In this document: piece after piece, positions 1-12,380 of the stretch
Position numbering within the stretch: position 1 is the first letter of the stretch
How the letters are laid out: every line of letters starts with the position of its first letter
NCBI GenBank assembly: GCA_036375895.1
Contig: DASVBJ010000299.1
Span: forward strand, 1-53,259
Direction of reading: 5' to 3'
Length of the DNA stretch: 53,259 bases
From: Actinomycetes bacterium
GTDB lineage: Bacteria; Actinomycetota; Actinomycetes; JACCUZ01
Notes under the pieces: model-generated
Database searches by the model: none
What the model saw: only the letters and a program-made list of their open reading frames with translations
Told to the model about the DNA's origin: nothing
Program-made: the position numbers and the translations under genes

Positions 1-122
1 AGGGCGGCGTCGAGCAGCTCGAGGCCGTCACCGTCCTCGCGGGCCTGGCGGATGCGGCCGACGGCGGTGCGCGCGGCGAACAGCGTGCCCACCAGGGTCA
101 GGATGGTCCGGAACTTGTTCAC
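1..122 (-). CDS. hypothetical small protein, N-terminal part only (gene runs off the window start)
   Basis: GTG at 120-122 overlaps the gatA stop (GTGA). Reads [40 protein letters not shown] with near-uniform G/C at codon position 3. Absent from the ORF track because it is truncated. Confidence 0.4.
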   Translation of the reverse strand, partial: MNKFRTILTLVGTLFAARTAVGRIRQAREDGDGLELLDAA

Positions 123-1627
123 AGCGCAGGCGCTCCCTCGATCAACAGGTGGCCCCACCGGTCGCGCAGGGCGTTCTCCAGGGCCCCGCCGAGCCGGTAG
201 AGCCGGTCGTCGGCCATCGGCGGCGCGATGACCTGCAGGCCGACGGGCAGCCCGTCGTCGGGCGAGAGCCCTACGGGCAGCGACATCGACGCGTTGCCGG
301 CAAGGTTCGACGGGATGGTGCACAGGTCGGCGAGGTACATCGCCAGCGGGTCGTCGACCCGCTCGCCGAGCTTGAACGCCGTCGTCGGCGTGGTCGGCGA
401 CAGCAGGACGTCCGCCCGCTCGAAGGCTGCCGCGAAGTCGCGGGCGATCAGGGTGCGGACCTTCTGCGCCTGGCCGTAGTAGGCGTCGTAGTAGCCGCTC
501 GAGAGCGCGTAGGTGCCGAGCATGATGCGCCGCTTCGCCTCGGCGCCGAAGCCGGCGTCGCGCGTCGCCGCCATCACCTCCTCGGCGCTCGCCGTCCCGT
601 CGTCGCCGACCCGCAGGCCGTACCGCATCGCGTCGAACCGGGCCAGGTTGCTCGAGCACTCGCTCGGCAGGATCAGGTAGTAGGCGGGCAGGGCGTAGTC
701 GAACGCCGGGCAGTCGACCTCGACGACCTCGGCTCCCAGCTCCCCGAGCAGCGCCACCGCCTCGTCGAACCGCTGCTGCACGCCCGGCTGGTAGCCCTCG
801 CCGGAGAACTGCCGGACGACCCCGACGCGCATCCCCCTGACCTCGCCGGCCCGCGCCGCCCCGACGACGTCCGGCACCGGCGCGTCGATCGAGGTCGAGT
901 CGAGCGGGTCATGCCCGGCGATCGTCGCGTGCAGCAGCGCCGCGTCGAGCACGGTCCGCGCGCACGGGCCGGCCTGGTCCAGGGACGACGCCAGGGCGAC
1001 GAGGCCGTAGCGGGACACCCCGCCGTACGTCGGCTTGACGCCCACCGTGCCGGTGACGGCAGCCGGCTGACGGATGGAGCCCCCGGTGTCGGTGCCGACA
1101 GCGATCGGCGCCTCGTACGCCGCCACCGCAGCCGCCGAGCCGCCACCGGAGCCGCCCGGGATGCGGTCGAGGTCCCAGGGGTTGTGGGTCGGCCCGTACG
1201 CGGAGTGCTCGGTCGAGGAGCCCATCGCGAACTCGTCCATGTTGGTCTTGCCGAGGATCACGACGCCGGCGTCGCGCAGGCGGGTGACCACGGTGGCGTC
1301 GTACGGCGGGACCCAGCCCTCGAGGATGCGCGAGCCGCAGGTCGTCGGCACGCCGCGGCTGGCGATCACGTCCTTCAGCGCGAGCGGCACGCCGGCCAGC
1401 GGTCCGAGCGGCTCACCCGCGGCGCGGCGCTCGTCGACGTCGCGGGCGGCGGCCAGCGCCCCGGCCGTGTCGACGTGCAGGAAGGCGTGGACCCGGTCGT
1501 CGACCGCCGCGATCCGGTCCAGGTGGGCCTGCGTGGCCTCGACGGCGCTGAGCTCGCCGGCGGCGACGGCGGCCGCGGTCTCGGCCGCCGTCAGCCGGGT
1601 CACGTCGGAGCCGGTCGTGGTGGTCAC
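119..1627 (-). CDS. gatA: Asp-tRNA(Asn)/Glu-tRNA(Gln) amidotransferase subunit A
   Basis: 502-aa ORF with amidase-signature region ([25 protein letters not shown]). GTG start overlaps the gatC stop (GTGA at 1624-1627). Confidence 0.95.
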   Translation of the reverse strand: MTTTTGSDVTRLTAAETAAAVAAGELSAVEATQAHLDRIAAVDDRVHAFLHVDTAGALAAARDVDERRAAGEPLGPLAGVPLALKDVIASRGVPTTCGSRILEGWVPPYDATVVTRLRDAGVVILGKTNMDEFAMGSSTEHSAYGPTHNPWDLDRIPGGSGGGSAAAVAAYEAPIAVGTDTGGSIRQPAAVTGTVGVKPTYGGVSRYGLVALASSLDQAGPCARTVLDAALLHATIAGHDPLDSTSIDAPVPDVVGAARAGEVRGMRVGVVRQFSGEGYQPGVQQRFDEAVALLGELGAEVVEVDCPAFDYALPAYYLILPSECSSNLARFDAMRYGLRVGDDGTASAEEVMAATRDAGFGAEAKRRIMLGTYALSSGYYDAYYGQAQKVRTLIARDFAAAFERADVLLSPTTPTTAFKLGERVDDPLAMYLADLCTIPSNLAGNASMSLPVGLSPDDGLPVGLQVIAPPMADDRLYRLGGALENALRDRWGHLLIEGAPAL

Positions 1628-1935
1628 GCCTCCTCCCCGAGGATGCGGGGAACCCGGAAGCGGCCGTCCTCCGCGTCGGGGGCCCCGGCCAGGGCCTCCT
1701 CCTGGGTGAGGCCCGGACGCACCTCGTCGTCACGCATGACGTTGGTGAGGGGCAGCGCGTGCGACGTGGGCGGCACCTGCTCGGTGTCGAGGTCACCGAT
1801 GCGCGAGACGGCGCCGATGATGACGTCGAGCTGCGCACCGAAGTGGTCGAGCTCCTCGTCGTCGAGCGCGAGCCTGGCCAGCCTGGCCAGGTGCGCCACG
1901 TCGTCACGCGTGATCGATGCCTTGCTGCTGCTCAT
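1624..1935 (-). CDS. gatC: Asp-tRNA(Asn)/Glu-tRNA(Gln) amidotransferase subunit C
   Basis: Internal ATG at 1935 gives 103 aa starting [24 protein letters not shown], the typical GatC size and N-terminus. The upstream part of the 140-aa ORF is Arg/Gly junk. Translationally coupled to gatA. Confidence 0.88.
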   Translation of the reverse strand: MSSSKASITRDDVAHLARLARLALDDEELDHFGAQLDVIIGAVSRIGDLDTEQVPPTSHALPLTNVMRDDEVRPGLTQEEALAGAPDAEDGRFRVPRILGEEA

Positions 1936-1973
1936 GCGGAGAGCCGCTCCTTGCCGTCGGAAACCTGCCCATC

Positions 1974-4034
1974 CTAGGGGCGGACGGCTCCCGGCAGCCG
2001 CACGGTGTCCGCGGGCACCACGGCCTCCGTCCGCCGCTGCAGCCACGGCGTGAGGTCGTCCGCGGGCAGCGCCGGGCTGACCAGCCAGCCCTGTGCCGCG
2101 TCACAGCGCAGGGCTTGCAGCGCCACCCACGTCTCGGGCGTCTCGACCCCCTCGGCCACCACCCGCAGCCCGAGCGCGTGCCCGAGCTCGACGATGGAGC
2201 GCACGATGGCCGCGTCGTCGGCGTCGTGGGTCATCCGGTGCACGAACGACCGGTCGATCTTGATCTCCGAGACGGGCAGCCGCTTGAGGTGGACCAGCGA
2301 GGAGTACCCCGTGCCGAAGTCGTCGAGGCTGAGGGCCACGCCGAGCCGGCCGAGCGCCTCCAGCGCCTGGCTGATGCGACCCGGGTCGGCCATCAGCACG
2401 TGCTCGGTGATCTCCAGCTGCAGCGCCTTCGCGGGCAGGCGGTGCGCCGCGAGCAGCCGGCTCAACGCGTCGACGAACGCGACGTCGGCCAGGTCGCGCA
2501 CCGACACGTTGACCGACACCTGCAGCTCGAGCCCCTGACGCCACCACGCGGCGGCCTGGGACAGGGACTGCTCGAGCACCACCTCGGTGAGCTGGCGCAT
2601 GAGACCGCTCTGCTCGGCGAGATCGAGGAACCCGTCGGGTGTCAGGACCCCTCGCGCCGGGTGCCGCCACCGCACGAGCGCCTCCACGCCGACGGCGTCG
2701 CCGGACGGGAACGCGACCTTCGGCTGGTAGTGCATCTCGAGCTGGCCGGTCTCGATTCCTCGCCGCAGGTCGCCGAGCAGCCCGAGGCGGTGCAGCGAGT
2801 TGACGTCACGGTCCGGTCGGTACAGCTCGACGCCGGTGCGCGACTCCTTGGCCTGGTACATCGCCACGTCGGCCAGCCGGAGCAGCTGCTCGAACTCGGC
2901 GCCGTGGTCCGGGTGCACCGAGACGCCCACGCTCGCCTCGACCTGCAGCAGCATGCCGTCGAGGTGGAACGGCTCGTTGATCACCTCGCGGACGCGTTGC
3001 GCCGCCTCCACGGCCTGGTCGGCGCCCTCGATGCCCCCCAGCAGCACGGCGAACTCGTCACCGCCCAGCCGCGCGACGACGTCGCAGGGCCGTACGGAGT
3101 TCGCGAGCCGCGTGGCCGCGATCTCGAGCAGGCGGTCACCGGTGTGGTGCCCCAGGGTGTCGTTGATCTCCTTGAACCGGTCGAGGTCCAGCAGGCACAG
3201 GGCGAGCGGCTGGTGGGTACGCCGGGCCTCGTCCAGCGACCGGGCCGTCTTGTCCATCAGCATCTTGCGGTTGGCGAGGCCGGTCAGGCCGTCGTGCAGC
3301 GCCGCGTGCTCCTTCTCCAGCGAGATGGAGGCCGTCTTGTAGACCAGGAACAGGGGCAGCAGCAGGAGAGGCAGCAGCTGCCAGACCGTGCTGGCGAGCA
3401 CGACGACCACCGGCGACAGGACGAGCACGGCGAACGTGGTGACGGCGTAGTAGGAGAAGTCGGCGATGAACTCGTCCCACCAGCGGGACCTGTTCGCCAG
3501 CGCGAGCGCCGTCGCGACCAGCACCAGGTTGACGAGGAAGTAGACCACCCACGCGAGTGTCATCGCCGGCAGGTCGTGCGCATCGACCCGGTGCGGGTGT
3601 GACGGGCTCGGGTGCATGCCGGCCAGCAGCAGGACCAGCCACGCGGCGGCGAGGCACACGACGTACTGCCCGGTGTTGAAGACGATCCGCCAGAGCTGCT
3701 TGCGCCGGGCCACCTCGCCGAGCGCCACCGCGACCGCCTGCAGCAGCAGCGCCGGCCAGGGCCCCCAGTAGAAGAGGATCGCGAAGACGAAGGCGGTCGA
3801 CAGGGTGACGCCCTGCGGGTCGTAGAAGCCGGAGGTCACGACCGGCCGCAGCTCGCCGAGCATCAGCAGGCAGGCGATCAACCAGAACGCGCCGCCGAGC
3901 ACGGCCACGTCGCCGTCGGCGAGCTGCCACACCGCGGCCACGCAGAACCCGGCGCCGGCGAGCCCGCAGACACCGGCGAACGCCCAGGGGGCGCGCGGCT
4001 CCTCCGCTCGCGCGGCAGGCGCAGCCTGGCTCAT
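1974..4034 (-). CDS. membrane-anchored diguanylate cyclase/phosphodiesterase (GGDEF-EAL), paralog 1
   Basis: Hydrophobic multi-TM N-terminus. RPCD (RxxD I-site) 5 aa before GGDEF. EAL-domain motifs EALVRW, DDFGTGYSSL, AEGVET, QGW. ATG at 4034 is preceded by GGGGGAGG; the GTG at 4067 is an alternative start. Confidence 0.9.
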   Translation of the reverse strand: MSQAAPAARAEEPRAPWAFAGVCGLAGAGFCVAAVWQLADGDVAVLGGAFWLIACLLMLGELRPVVTSGFYDPQGVTLSTAFVFAILFYWGPWPALLLQAVAVALGEVARRKQLWRIVFNTGQYVVCLAAAWLVLLLAGMHPSPSHPHRVDAHDLPAMTLAWVVYFLVNLVLVATALALANRSRWWDEFIADFSYYAVTTFAVLVLSPVVVVLASTVWQLLPLLLLPLFLVYKTASISLEKEHAALHDGLTGLANRKMLMDKTARSLDEARRTHQPLALCLLDLDRFKEINDTLGHHTGDRLLEIAATRLANSVRPCDVVARLGGDEFAVLLGGIEGADQAVEAAQRVREVINEPFHLDGMLLQVEASVGVSVHPDHGAEFEQLLRLADVAMYQAKESRTGVELYRPDRDVNSLHRLGLLGDLRRGIETGQLEMHYQPKVAFPSGDAVGVEALVRWRHPARGVLTPDGFLDLAEQSGLMRQLTEVVLEQSLSQAAAWWRQGLELQVSVNVSVRDLADVAFVDALSRLLAAHRLPAKALQLEITEHVLMADPGRISQALEALGRLGVALSLDDFGTGYSSLVHLKRLPVSEIKIDRSFVHRMTHDADDAAIVRSIVELGHALGLRVVAEGVETPETWVALQALRCDAAQGWLVSPALPADDLTPWLQRRTEAVVPADTVRLPGAVRP

Positions 4035-4112
4035 GACACCTCCCCCTCGCGCCACGGAGGACGCCACATTCAGGTCGCTATCGGCAGGGACCTCCGCAAT
4101 CTGAACCGTCGG

Positions 4113-6227
4113 TCACCCGAACGGTGGCGATGGCTCGTGAACACCCGCCGAGACCGCCGCCCGGCGCCGTGCGGTGGGCAGGCGCAGCAGCGCCGCGTCG
4201 GCGCTGCGGGTGCGCAGCCAGTCGGTCACCTCGTCGGCCGGCAGCGCGGGGCTGTAGTACCACCCCTGCGCGCCGTCGCAGCCGAAGGCGCGCAGCTGGG
4301 CCACGGCCGCCTCGCTCTCGACGCCCTCTGCGACCACGGTCAGGCCGAGCGAGTGGCCGAGGTCGATGATCGACCGGACGATCATCGCGTCGTCCTCCGC
4401 GCCCTGTGGCTGGCCGAGCCGCTGCACGAACGAGCGGTCCACCTTGACCTCGCGCACCGGCAGCCGCTTGAGCAGGACGAGCGAGGAGTAGCCGGTGCCG
4501 AAGTCGTCCAGGCTGATGCGCACCCCGAGGTCGTCGAGCTCGGCGAGCGTCGCGGCCGCCCTGGCCACGTCGGCCATGAGGACCCGCTCGGTGATCTCCA
4601 GGCAGAGCAGGTGAGCCGGCAGGGCGTGGCGGAGCAGGCCGGTGCCGAGACGGGCCGCGAACTCCGCGTCGTGCAGGTCGCGCATCGACACGTTGATCGC
4701 GACCGGCACCGTGAGGCCCTGCCTGGCCCACTCCGCGGCCTGGCGCAGGGCGGTGTCGAGGACCAGCGCGGTGAGCCGCGGCATGAGCCCGGACTGCTCT
4801 GCGAGCGGGACGAACTCGTCGGGCAGCACGAGCCCCCGGGTGGGGTGGTTCCAGCGCAGCAGCGCCTCGACCCCCGCCGGCGACCCGTCGCACACCCGCA
4901 CCTTCGGCTGGTAGTGCAGCTCGAGCTCGCCACGGTCGACCGCACGGCGCAGGGCGCCCAGCAGCCCGAGCCGGCCGGGGCTGTTGGTGTCCCGCTCCGC
5001 GGCGTACGTCTCCAGACCGGTCCGCTCGGACTTGGCGAGGTACATCGCGACGTCGGCGCGCTGCAGCAGCTGCTCGACGTCGGTGCCGTGCTGGGGGTGC
5101 AGGGCGATGCCGATGCTCGGCTCCAGGTCGATGCGGGTGCCGTCGACGGTGAACGGCTCCTCGAAGGCGGCGAGGATGCGCCGGGCCACCTCCTGGGCCG
5201 CGGCGGTGTCACGCACGGCCGGCAGCAGGACGGCGAACTCGTCGCTGCCGAGCCGGGCGACCTGGTCGCCGGGCCGCAGGGTCCGCTCGAGACGCTCGGC
5301 CGACAGCTGCAGGACGCGGTCGCCGGCCCGGTGCCCCAGCGTCTCGTTGACCTCCTTGAAGCGGTCGAGGTCGAGCAGGAACAGGCCGGCCTTCTCCCCT
5401 CGCTCCTCGGCGAGCCGCAGCACCTCCCCCGCGTGGCGGAGCAGGAAGGTCCGGTTGGCGAGCCCGGTCAGCGGGTCGCGCAGGGCGGCCCGGTCCCGCT
5501 CCACCGACCCGGCCACGCTGGACTGCACGGCGAGCAGCGGCAGCAGGAACAGCGGCAGCAGCTGCCACTGGTGGGCCATGACGACGGCGACCAACGGCGC
5601 GATGCCGATCAGGGCTCCGTGCACGACGACCTGGAAGACGACGTCGGACCGTACGACGTGCAGCAGCCGACGACGCTCGAACAGCGCGATCGCCACCCAG
5701 ACGAAGCCGTTGTTGCAGACGAGGTAGACGACCCCCGCGACGGCGACGTACGCCGGGTCGCCGGCACCGGGCGGGGCCCCCACCTGCGGCAGGGCGGCCA
5801 GCGACCCCAGTCCGAGCACCCAGCCGGCGAGAGCCAGGCACAGCGTGTGCTGCCCCAGGTTGAAGGCGGTGCGCCACCAGGCCTTGCGCCACACGGCGCC
5901 GGTGAGCGCGGTGGCCAGCGCCTGCACGACGACGGCCGCCCCGAGGCCGAAGAACAGCAGGGCGGCGAAGCTGAACGCGGTGGACGTCGTCACCCCGACG
6001 GGGTCCGGCCGACCCGGGGTGAAGATGGGGCGCAGCTCGCCGATGAGCACCAGCCCGAGGGTCGCCCAGAAGGCCGGACGGCCACCGAGCTCGCGCAGGT
6101 CGCCGGACGAGGTGACGAGGAGGCCGGCGACACCGAGGCCGGTCACGGCGACCACCGCGATGTAGCCCCAGAACGGGGCTCCGGTGCGGGCGCCGGCGCG
6201 GTTGCGGTCCCCGCTCGTCCCGCCCAT
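4113..6227 (-). CDS. membrane-anchored diguanylate cyclase/phosphodiesterase (GSDEF-EAL), paralog 2
   Basis: Same architecture as paralog 1. RPGD I-site, GSDEF in place of GGDEF, EALLRW, DDFGTGYSSL, AEGVES, QGW. The ORF-track N-terminus (to 6917) overlaps ligA and is Arg/Gly-rich. ATG 6227 is preceded by a G-rich SD; ATG 6293 is an alternative. Confidence 0.88.
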   Translation of the reverse strand: MGGTSGDRNRAGARTGAPFWGYIAVVAVTGLGVAGLLVTSSGDLRELGGRPAFWATLGLVLIGELRPIFTPGRPDPVGVTTSTAFSFAALLFFGLGAAVVVQALATALTGAVWRKAWWRTAFNLGQHTLCLALAGWVLGLGSLAALPQVGAPPGAGDPAYVAVAGVVYLVCNNGFVWVAIALFERRRLLHVVRSDVVFQVVVHGALIGIAPLVAVVMAHQWQLLPLFLLPLLAVQSSVAGSVERDRAALRDPLTGLANRTFLLRHAGEVLRLAEERGEKAGLFLLDLDRFKEVNETLGHRAGDRVLQLSAERLERTLRPGDQVARLGSDEFAVLLPAVRDTAAAQEVARRILAAFEEPFTVDGTRIDLEPSIGIALHPQHGTDVEQLLQRADVAMYLAKSERTGLETYAAERDTNSPGRLGLLGALRRAVDRGELELHYQPKVRVCDGSPAGVEALLRWNHPTRGLVLPDEFVPLAEQSGLMPRLTALVLDTALRQAAEWARQGLTVPVAINVSMRDLHDAEFAARLGTGLLRHALPAHLLCLEITERVLMADVARAAATLAELDDLGVRISLDDFGTGYSSLVLLKRLPVREVKVDRSFVQRLGQPQGAEDDAMIVRSIIDLGHSLGLTVVAEGVESEAAVAQLRAFGCDGAQGWYYSPALPADEVTDWLRTRSADAALLRLPTARRRAAVSAGVHEPSPPFG

Positions 6228-6344
6228 CCGCCCCCCTGTGTCGGCACCGCCGCGACGGCCGGCCCGAGCGGCCGGTCCGCACCGGCTGCTCATCCTGGGG
6301 CAGGACCGCCCTGCGGGTAATCGGCCGGCAAGGTGATCATGCCT

Positions 6345-6383
6345 CGTCCGGACGGATGATACAGAGCGCTCCGCGCCGGTCAC
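6345..6383 (-). promoter_or_regulatory. putative promoter with adjacent 10-bp perfect palindrome upstream of GGDEF-EAL paralog 2
   Basis: Minus-strand reading gives GTGACC (6378-6383), a 16-nt spacer, then TATCAT (6356-6361). The palindrome CGTCCGGACG (6345-6354) follows. Locally AT-richer than the surroundings. Confidence 0.2.
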
Positions 6384-6391
6384 GGAACGTG

Positions 6392-8488
<2,097 letters not shown>

Positions 8489-9511
8489 TCATCCCTCCGG
8501 GTCGTCGACGAGCACCTGGGCGGCCTCGCCACAGCGTCGCAGCGCTCCCCGAGCCTGGTCGGGCGTGACGCCGGCCAACCCGCAGGTCGGGGTCACGACG
8601 ACCTGCTCGGCCGCCGCCTCCGGTCGCAGACCGAGACGCCGCCACAGCCTCCGTACGGGCTCGACCGTAGTGGCTGGGTCGGACAGTGGCGCGCCGGACG
8701 TGGGGACCACACCGGCGAACAGCACGACCCCCGCCTCGAGCGCCTCGCCCAGGTCGTCGTCCAGCGTCTCGCCGACGAGGCCGAGGTCCAGCGAGACGCC
8801 CGCCGCGCCGGCGCGCCGGAGCAGGCCGAGCGGCACCGCCGCCGCGCAGCAGTGCACCAGCACCGGTGCCCCGAGCGAGGCGACGGCCCCGACCACCCGG
8901 CCGAGCGCGGCCTCCGCCTCGGCGTCCTCGACCGGCCCGAGCGTGCGGAACCCCGAGTAGGACCGGACCCGGCCCATCAGCACGTCGGGCAGCGACGGCT
9001 CGTCGAGCTGTACGACGAGACGGGCCGCGGGGACCCGGCGGGCCACGTCGGCGACGTGCGCGGCCAGCCCCTCGGCCAGCGAGTCGGCCAGGTCGCGGCG
9101 AGCCCCGCGGTCGGCCAGCGCCGCCTCGCCGCGGGTGAGACGCAGTCCGGCGGCGAGCGTCCACGGCCCGGCGACCTGCAGCTTGAGCGGCCCGTCGTAG
9201 CCGGCCGCGCGCTCCTCGAGCGCATCGAGGTCGTGGTCGAGGAAGGCCCGGCCGCGCCGCTCGTCGCCCCCGGGCCGGTCGACCAGCCGCCAGCCGGACG
9301 GCTGCAGGTCCACGTGCAGGTCGGCCAGCACCGTCGCGGCCCGCCCCACCAGGTCGGCGCCCGGGCCGCGCGCGGGCAGCTCGGGCAGGAACGGCAGCTC
9401 GGGCACCGCGTCGAACGTGACGGCCACCGCCTCGCCGGGGTCGCTGCCGGGCATCGAGCCGACACCGGTCGCCGCTCCCGGCGCCGCGAGCCGGACGGAG
9501 CCTTCACCCAC
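8489..9511 (-). CDS. cobalamin-independent methionine synthase (MetE C-terminal)-like protein, Rv3015c-like
   Basis: C-terminal 340 aa of a run-on ORF. N-terminal ATGVGSMPG, Zn-ligand-like VHCCA and TPTCGLAG motifs. GTG at 9511 lies 2 nt after the deaminase stop; ATG 9454 is an alternative. Confidence 0.65.
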   Translation of the reverse strand: MGEGSVRLAAPGAATGVGSMPGSDPGEAVAVTFDAVPELPFLPELPARGPGADLVGRAATVLADLHVDLQPSGWRLVDRPGGDERRGRAFLDHDLDALEERAAGYDGPLKLQVAGPWTLAAGLRLTRGEAALADRGARRDLADSLAEGLAAHVADVARRVPAARLVVQLDEPSLPDVLMGRVRSYSGFRTLGPVEDAEAEAALGRVVGAVASLGAPVLVHCCAAAVPLGLLRRAGAAGVSLDLGLVGETLDDDLGEALEAGVVLFAGVVPTSGAPLSDPATTVEPVRRLWRRLGLRPEAAAEQVVVTPTCGLAGVTPDQARGALRRCGEAAQVLVDDPEG

Positions 9512-9513
9512 CG

Positions 9514-9993
9514 TCAGTACTCGACCCGGTCGGGGTTGGCCAGCCACGCGGCGAAGGGCTCCTCGGCCGTGGCGACGCGGTGCTGGAGCACCGGTGTCGT
9601 CCAGCTCTCCCGTGGCTGCTGGAACAGGTCGTAGAACGCCCGGTCGTCGAAGCCCGCGGCCGCGGCGTCGTCCCGGTCGGCGACGTAGACGACCTGGTCG
9701 AGCCGGGCCCACAGCGAGGCGGCGAGACACAGCGGGCAGGGCTCGCAGGAGCTCACCAGCACGCAACCGGCGAGCGAGAAGTCGCCGAGCTCCCGGCAGG
9801 CCTCCCGGATGGCGACCACCTCGGCGTGCGCGGTGGGGTCGAGGTCGCGGGTCACGCGGTTGACACCGGCGCCGAGCAGCCGGTCCCCCCGGTAGACCAG
9901 GGCGGCGAACGGCCCCCCGCCGGCCGACACGTTCTGCACTGCCCGGGCGACGACCTCCAGCAGGCGGGACTCGGGCACAGCCACCGCGGTCAC
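9514..9993 (-). CDS. guaD: CDA-fold zinc deaminase, guanine deaminase (GuaD)-like
   Basis: 159 aa with [39 protein letters not shown] and a C-terminal VEY tail. These match my memory of Bacillus GuaD. GTG start overlaps the mnmA stop (GTGA 9990-9993). Confidence 0.7.
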   Translation of the reverse strand: MTAVAVPESRLLEVVARAVQNVSAGGGPFAALVYRGDRLLGAGVNRVTRDLDPTAHAEVVAIREACRELGDFSLAGCVLVSSCEPCPLCLAASLWARLDQVVYVADRDDAAAAGFDDRAFYDLFQQPRESWTTPVLQHRVATAEEPFAAWLANPDRVEY

Positions 9994-11072
9994 GACGCCG
10001 CCTCGGCGACCGCCCGGGTGGACGTGATGGTGGCCGAGCCCACGACGCGGGTCCCGTCGTACAGGACCACCGCCTGGCCGGGAGCGACGCCACGCAGCGG
10101 CACCCGCAGCTCGACCGCCACCCGGTCGGGCCCGTCGGGCCGCGCGACCGCCGGCACCGGCTCGCCGTGCGCCCGCACCTGCGCCACACACTCCATCGGA
10201 CCGGCGGGGCGGGGGCCGCACCAGCGCGGCGAGACGCCGACCAGCGCCTCGACGTCGAGCCGCTCGGCCGGGCCGACCGTGACGGTGTTCGTCACGGGCG
10301 AGACGTCGAGGACGTAGCGCGGTCGGCCGTCGGGGGCCGGGCGGCCGATGCGCAGGCCACGCCGCTGGCCCACGGTGAAGCCGAACGCGCCGTCGTGGGA
10401 GCCGACGACCGTCCCCTGCTCGTCGACGATGTCGCCGGGCAGGTTGCCGAGGCGCTGGCGCAGGAAGCCCGCGGCGTCGCCGTCGGCCACGAAGCAGATG
10501 TCGTGGCTGTCGGGCTTGTCGGCGACGGTCAGTCCGCGGGCGGCTGCCTCCTCGCGCACCTCGGCCTTGCGGGAGGCACCGAGCGGGAAGACGGCGTGGC
10601 GCAGCTGTCGCTCCGTCAGGACGCCCAGAACGTACGACTGGTCCTTCGCCGGGTCGACCGCCCGGTGCAGTGCGCCGTCGACCACCCGGGCGTAGTGGCC
10701 GGTGCAGACCGCGTCGAAGCCCAGCGCCAGGGCCTTGTCGAGCACCGCCGCGAACTTGATCTTCTCGTTGCAGCGGAGACACGGGTTGGGTGTCCGCCCC
10801 GCGGCATACTCCGCGACGAAGTCGTCGACGACGTCCTCGCGGAACCGCTCGGCGAGATCCCAGACATAGAACGGGATGCCGATCACGTCCGCGGCCCGGC
10901 GGGCGTCGCGGGCGTCCTCGAGGGTGCAGCAGCCGCGGGCGCCGGTGCGGAAGGACCGCGGGTTGCTCGCCAGCGCGAGGTGGACACCGGTGACCTCGTG
11001 CCCCGCGTCGACGGCGCGCGCAGCCGCGACCGCCGAGTCGACGCCGCCGGACATGGCGGCGAGCACCCTCAC
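9990..11072 (-). CDS. mnmA: tRNA 2-thiouridine(34) synthase
   Basis: 360 aa starting [17 protein letters not shown] (PP-loop SGGVDS), with the conserved CLRCN motif. GTG overlaps the iscS stop (GTGA 11069-11072). Confidence 0.93.
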   Translation of the reverse strand: MRVLAAMSGGVDSAVAAARAVDAGHEVTGVHLALASNPRSFRTGARGCCTLEDARDARRAADVIGIPFYVWDLAERFREDVVDDFVAEYAAGRTPNPCLRCNEKIKFAAVLDKALALGFDAVCTGHYARVVDGALHRAVDPAKDQSYVLGVLTERQLRHAVFPLGASRKAEVREEAAARGLTVADKPDSHDICFVADGDAAGFLRQRLGNLPGDIVDEQGTVVGSHDGAFGFTVGQRRGLRIGRPAPDGRPRYVLDVSPVTNTVTVGPAERLDVEALVGVSPRWCGPRPAGPMECVAQVRAHGEPVPAVARPDGPDRVAVELRVPLRGVAPGQAVVLYDGTRVVGSATITSTRAVAEAAS

Positions 11073-12268
11073 GCCCGGTTGCCGTTCTGCCCGGCGCGAC
11101 GTGCCCTCTCGACGACCGGGGCGATGACCTCGGCCACCGCGTCGACGTCGGCCTGGGTCGACGTGTGCCCGAAGGAGAACCGCAGCGAGCCGCGGGCGAG
11201 GTCCTCGGGCACGCCCATCGCCAGCAGCACGTGGCTCGGCTGCGGGACGCCGGCCGAGCAGGCCGAGCCGGTCGAGCACTCGATGCCGCGGGCGTCGAGC
11301 AGCAGGAGCAGCGCGTCGCCCTCACAGCCGGGGAACGAGAAGTGTGCGTTGCCCGGGAGCCGGCTGGCGGGCGACAGGTCCGGGTCGCCCCCGAGCACGG
11401 AGTCGGGGACCGCGGCGCGGACCCGGCGTACGAGGTCGTCGCGCAGGCCGGCGAGGCGCTCGGCCCGCTCCGGCTGGCACTTCACGGCGACCTCCGCGGC
11501 AGCGGCGAGGCCGGCGATCGCGGGGGTGTCGAGGGTCCCGGACCGTACGTCGCGCTCCTGACCGCCGCCGTGCAGCACCGGCGTCATGCCGAGATGGCGC
11601 CCGGCGACCAGGACGCCGATGCCGAGCGGGCCGCCGATCTTGTGCCCGGTCAGGGTCATCGCGTCGAGCCCGGACGCGGTGAAGTCGACCGGCAGCTGCC
11701 CGAGGGCCTGCACCGCGTCGGAGTGCATCGGGATGCCGTGGGCGTGGGCGATCTCGGCGAGCTCGGCCACGGGCTGGACGGTGCCGACCTCGTTGTTCGC
11801 CCACATGACGGTGACCATGGCGACCGAGTCCGGGTCCGTCTCGATCGCGGCTCGCAGCGTCTCGGGTCGCACCCGGCCCGTGGCGTCGACCGGGAGCCAC
11901 TCGATCTGGGCGGCCTCGTGCTCGGCCAGCCACAGCGCGGAGTCCATGACCGCGTGGTGCTCGACCGCGCTGGCCAGGATCCGCCGGCGGCGGGGGTCCT
12001 CGGCCCGCCGGTGCCAGTAGATGCCCTTGACGGCGAGGTTGTCGGCCTCGGTGCCGCCGCCGGTGAAGACGATCTCGCTCGGCCGCGCCCCCAGGGCCTG
12101 CGCCAGCGACTCGCGCGCCTCCTCGACGATCCGTCGGCGGGCGCGTCCGGACGCGTGCAGCGACGAGGGGTTGCCGAGCTCCGCGAGCCGTGCGCTCATC
12201 GCCTCGACGGCCTCGGGGAGCATCGGCGTCGTGGCCGCGTGGTCGAGGTAGGTCAGGCGCTCAGTCAT
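11069..12268 (-). CDS. iscS: cysteine desulfurase (class V aminotransferase, IscS/NifS type)
   Basis: 399 aa with [12 protein letters not shown]-lysine context TGHKIGGP and active-site STGSACSAG. Confidence 0.9.
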   Translation of the reverse strand: MTERLTYLDHAATTPMLPEAVEAMSARLAELGNPSSLHASGRARRRIVEEARESLAQALGARPSEIVFTGGGTEADNLAVKGIYWHRRAEDPRRRRILASAVEHHAVMDSALWLAEHEAAQIEWLPVDATGRVRPETLRAAIETDPDSVAMVTVMWANNEVGTVQPVAELAEIAHAHGIPMHSDAVQALGQLPVDFTASGLDAMTLTGHKIGGPLGIGVLVAGRHLGMTPVLHGGGQERDVRSGTLDTPAIAGLAAAAEVAVKCQPERAERLAGLRDDLVRRVRAAVPDSVLGGDPDLSPASRLPGNAHFSFPGCEGDALLLLLDARGIECSTGSACSAGVPQPSHVLLAMGVPEDLARGSLRFSFGHTSTQADVDAVAEVIAPVVERARRAGQNGNRA

Positions 12269-12306
12269 GGCCGCACGAGTCTACGCGCGCAGATCGCCCC
12301 TCCCCT

Positions 12307-12380
12307 CCTGGCAGCGATCATGCACAAACCGTCGGTCGTCTGGTTCGAGGAGCGACGGAACGTGCATGATCGCTGCCAGG
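12307..12380. repeat. long inverted repeat: 19-bp perfect arms and a 36-nt spacer that carries an inner 6-bp stem
   Basis: CCTGGCAGCGATCATGCAC (12307-12325) is the exact reverse complement of 12362-12380. Inner pairing is CCGTCG (12329-12334) with CGACGG (12353-12358). Lies between the etfA stop and the iscS start, so it could terminate etfBA transcription. Confidence 0.8.

Noticed and set aside
149-2053. 634-aa plus-strand ORF
   Set aside because: It is antisense to gatA/gatC, whose motifs are unambiguous. Its composition is Arg/Gly/Pro/Ala-dominated, typical of shadow ORFs in GC-rich DNA.
3612-6320. 902-aa plus-strand ORF
   Set aside because: It is antisense to the two GGDEF-EAL genes. 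It is low-complexity (Arg/Gly/Pro/Glu) with no recognisable motifs.
9512-11325. Upstream run-on parts of ORFs 8489-10189 and 9514-11325
   Set aside because: These frames simply stay open across mnmA and iscS. The recognisable domains occupy only the C-terminal parts, and the real starts coincide with GTGA overlaps.
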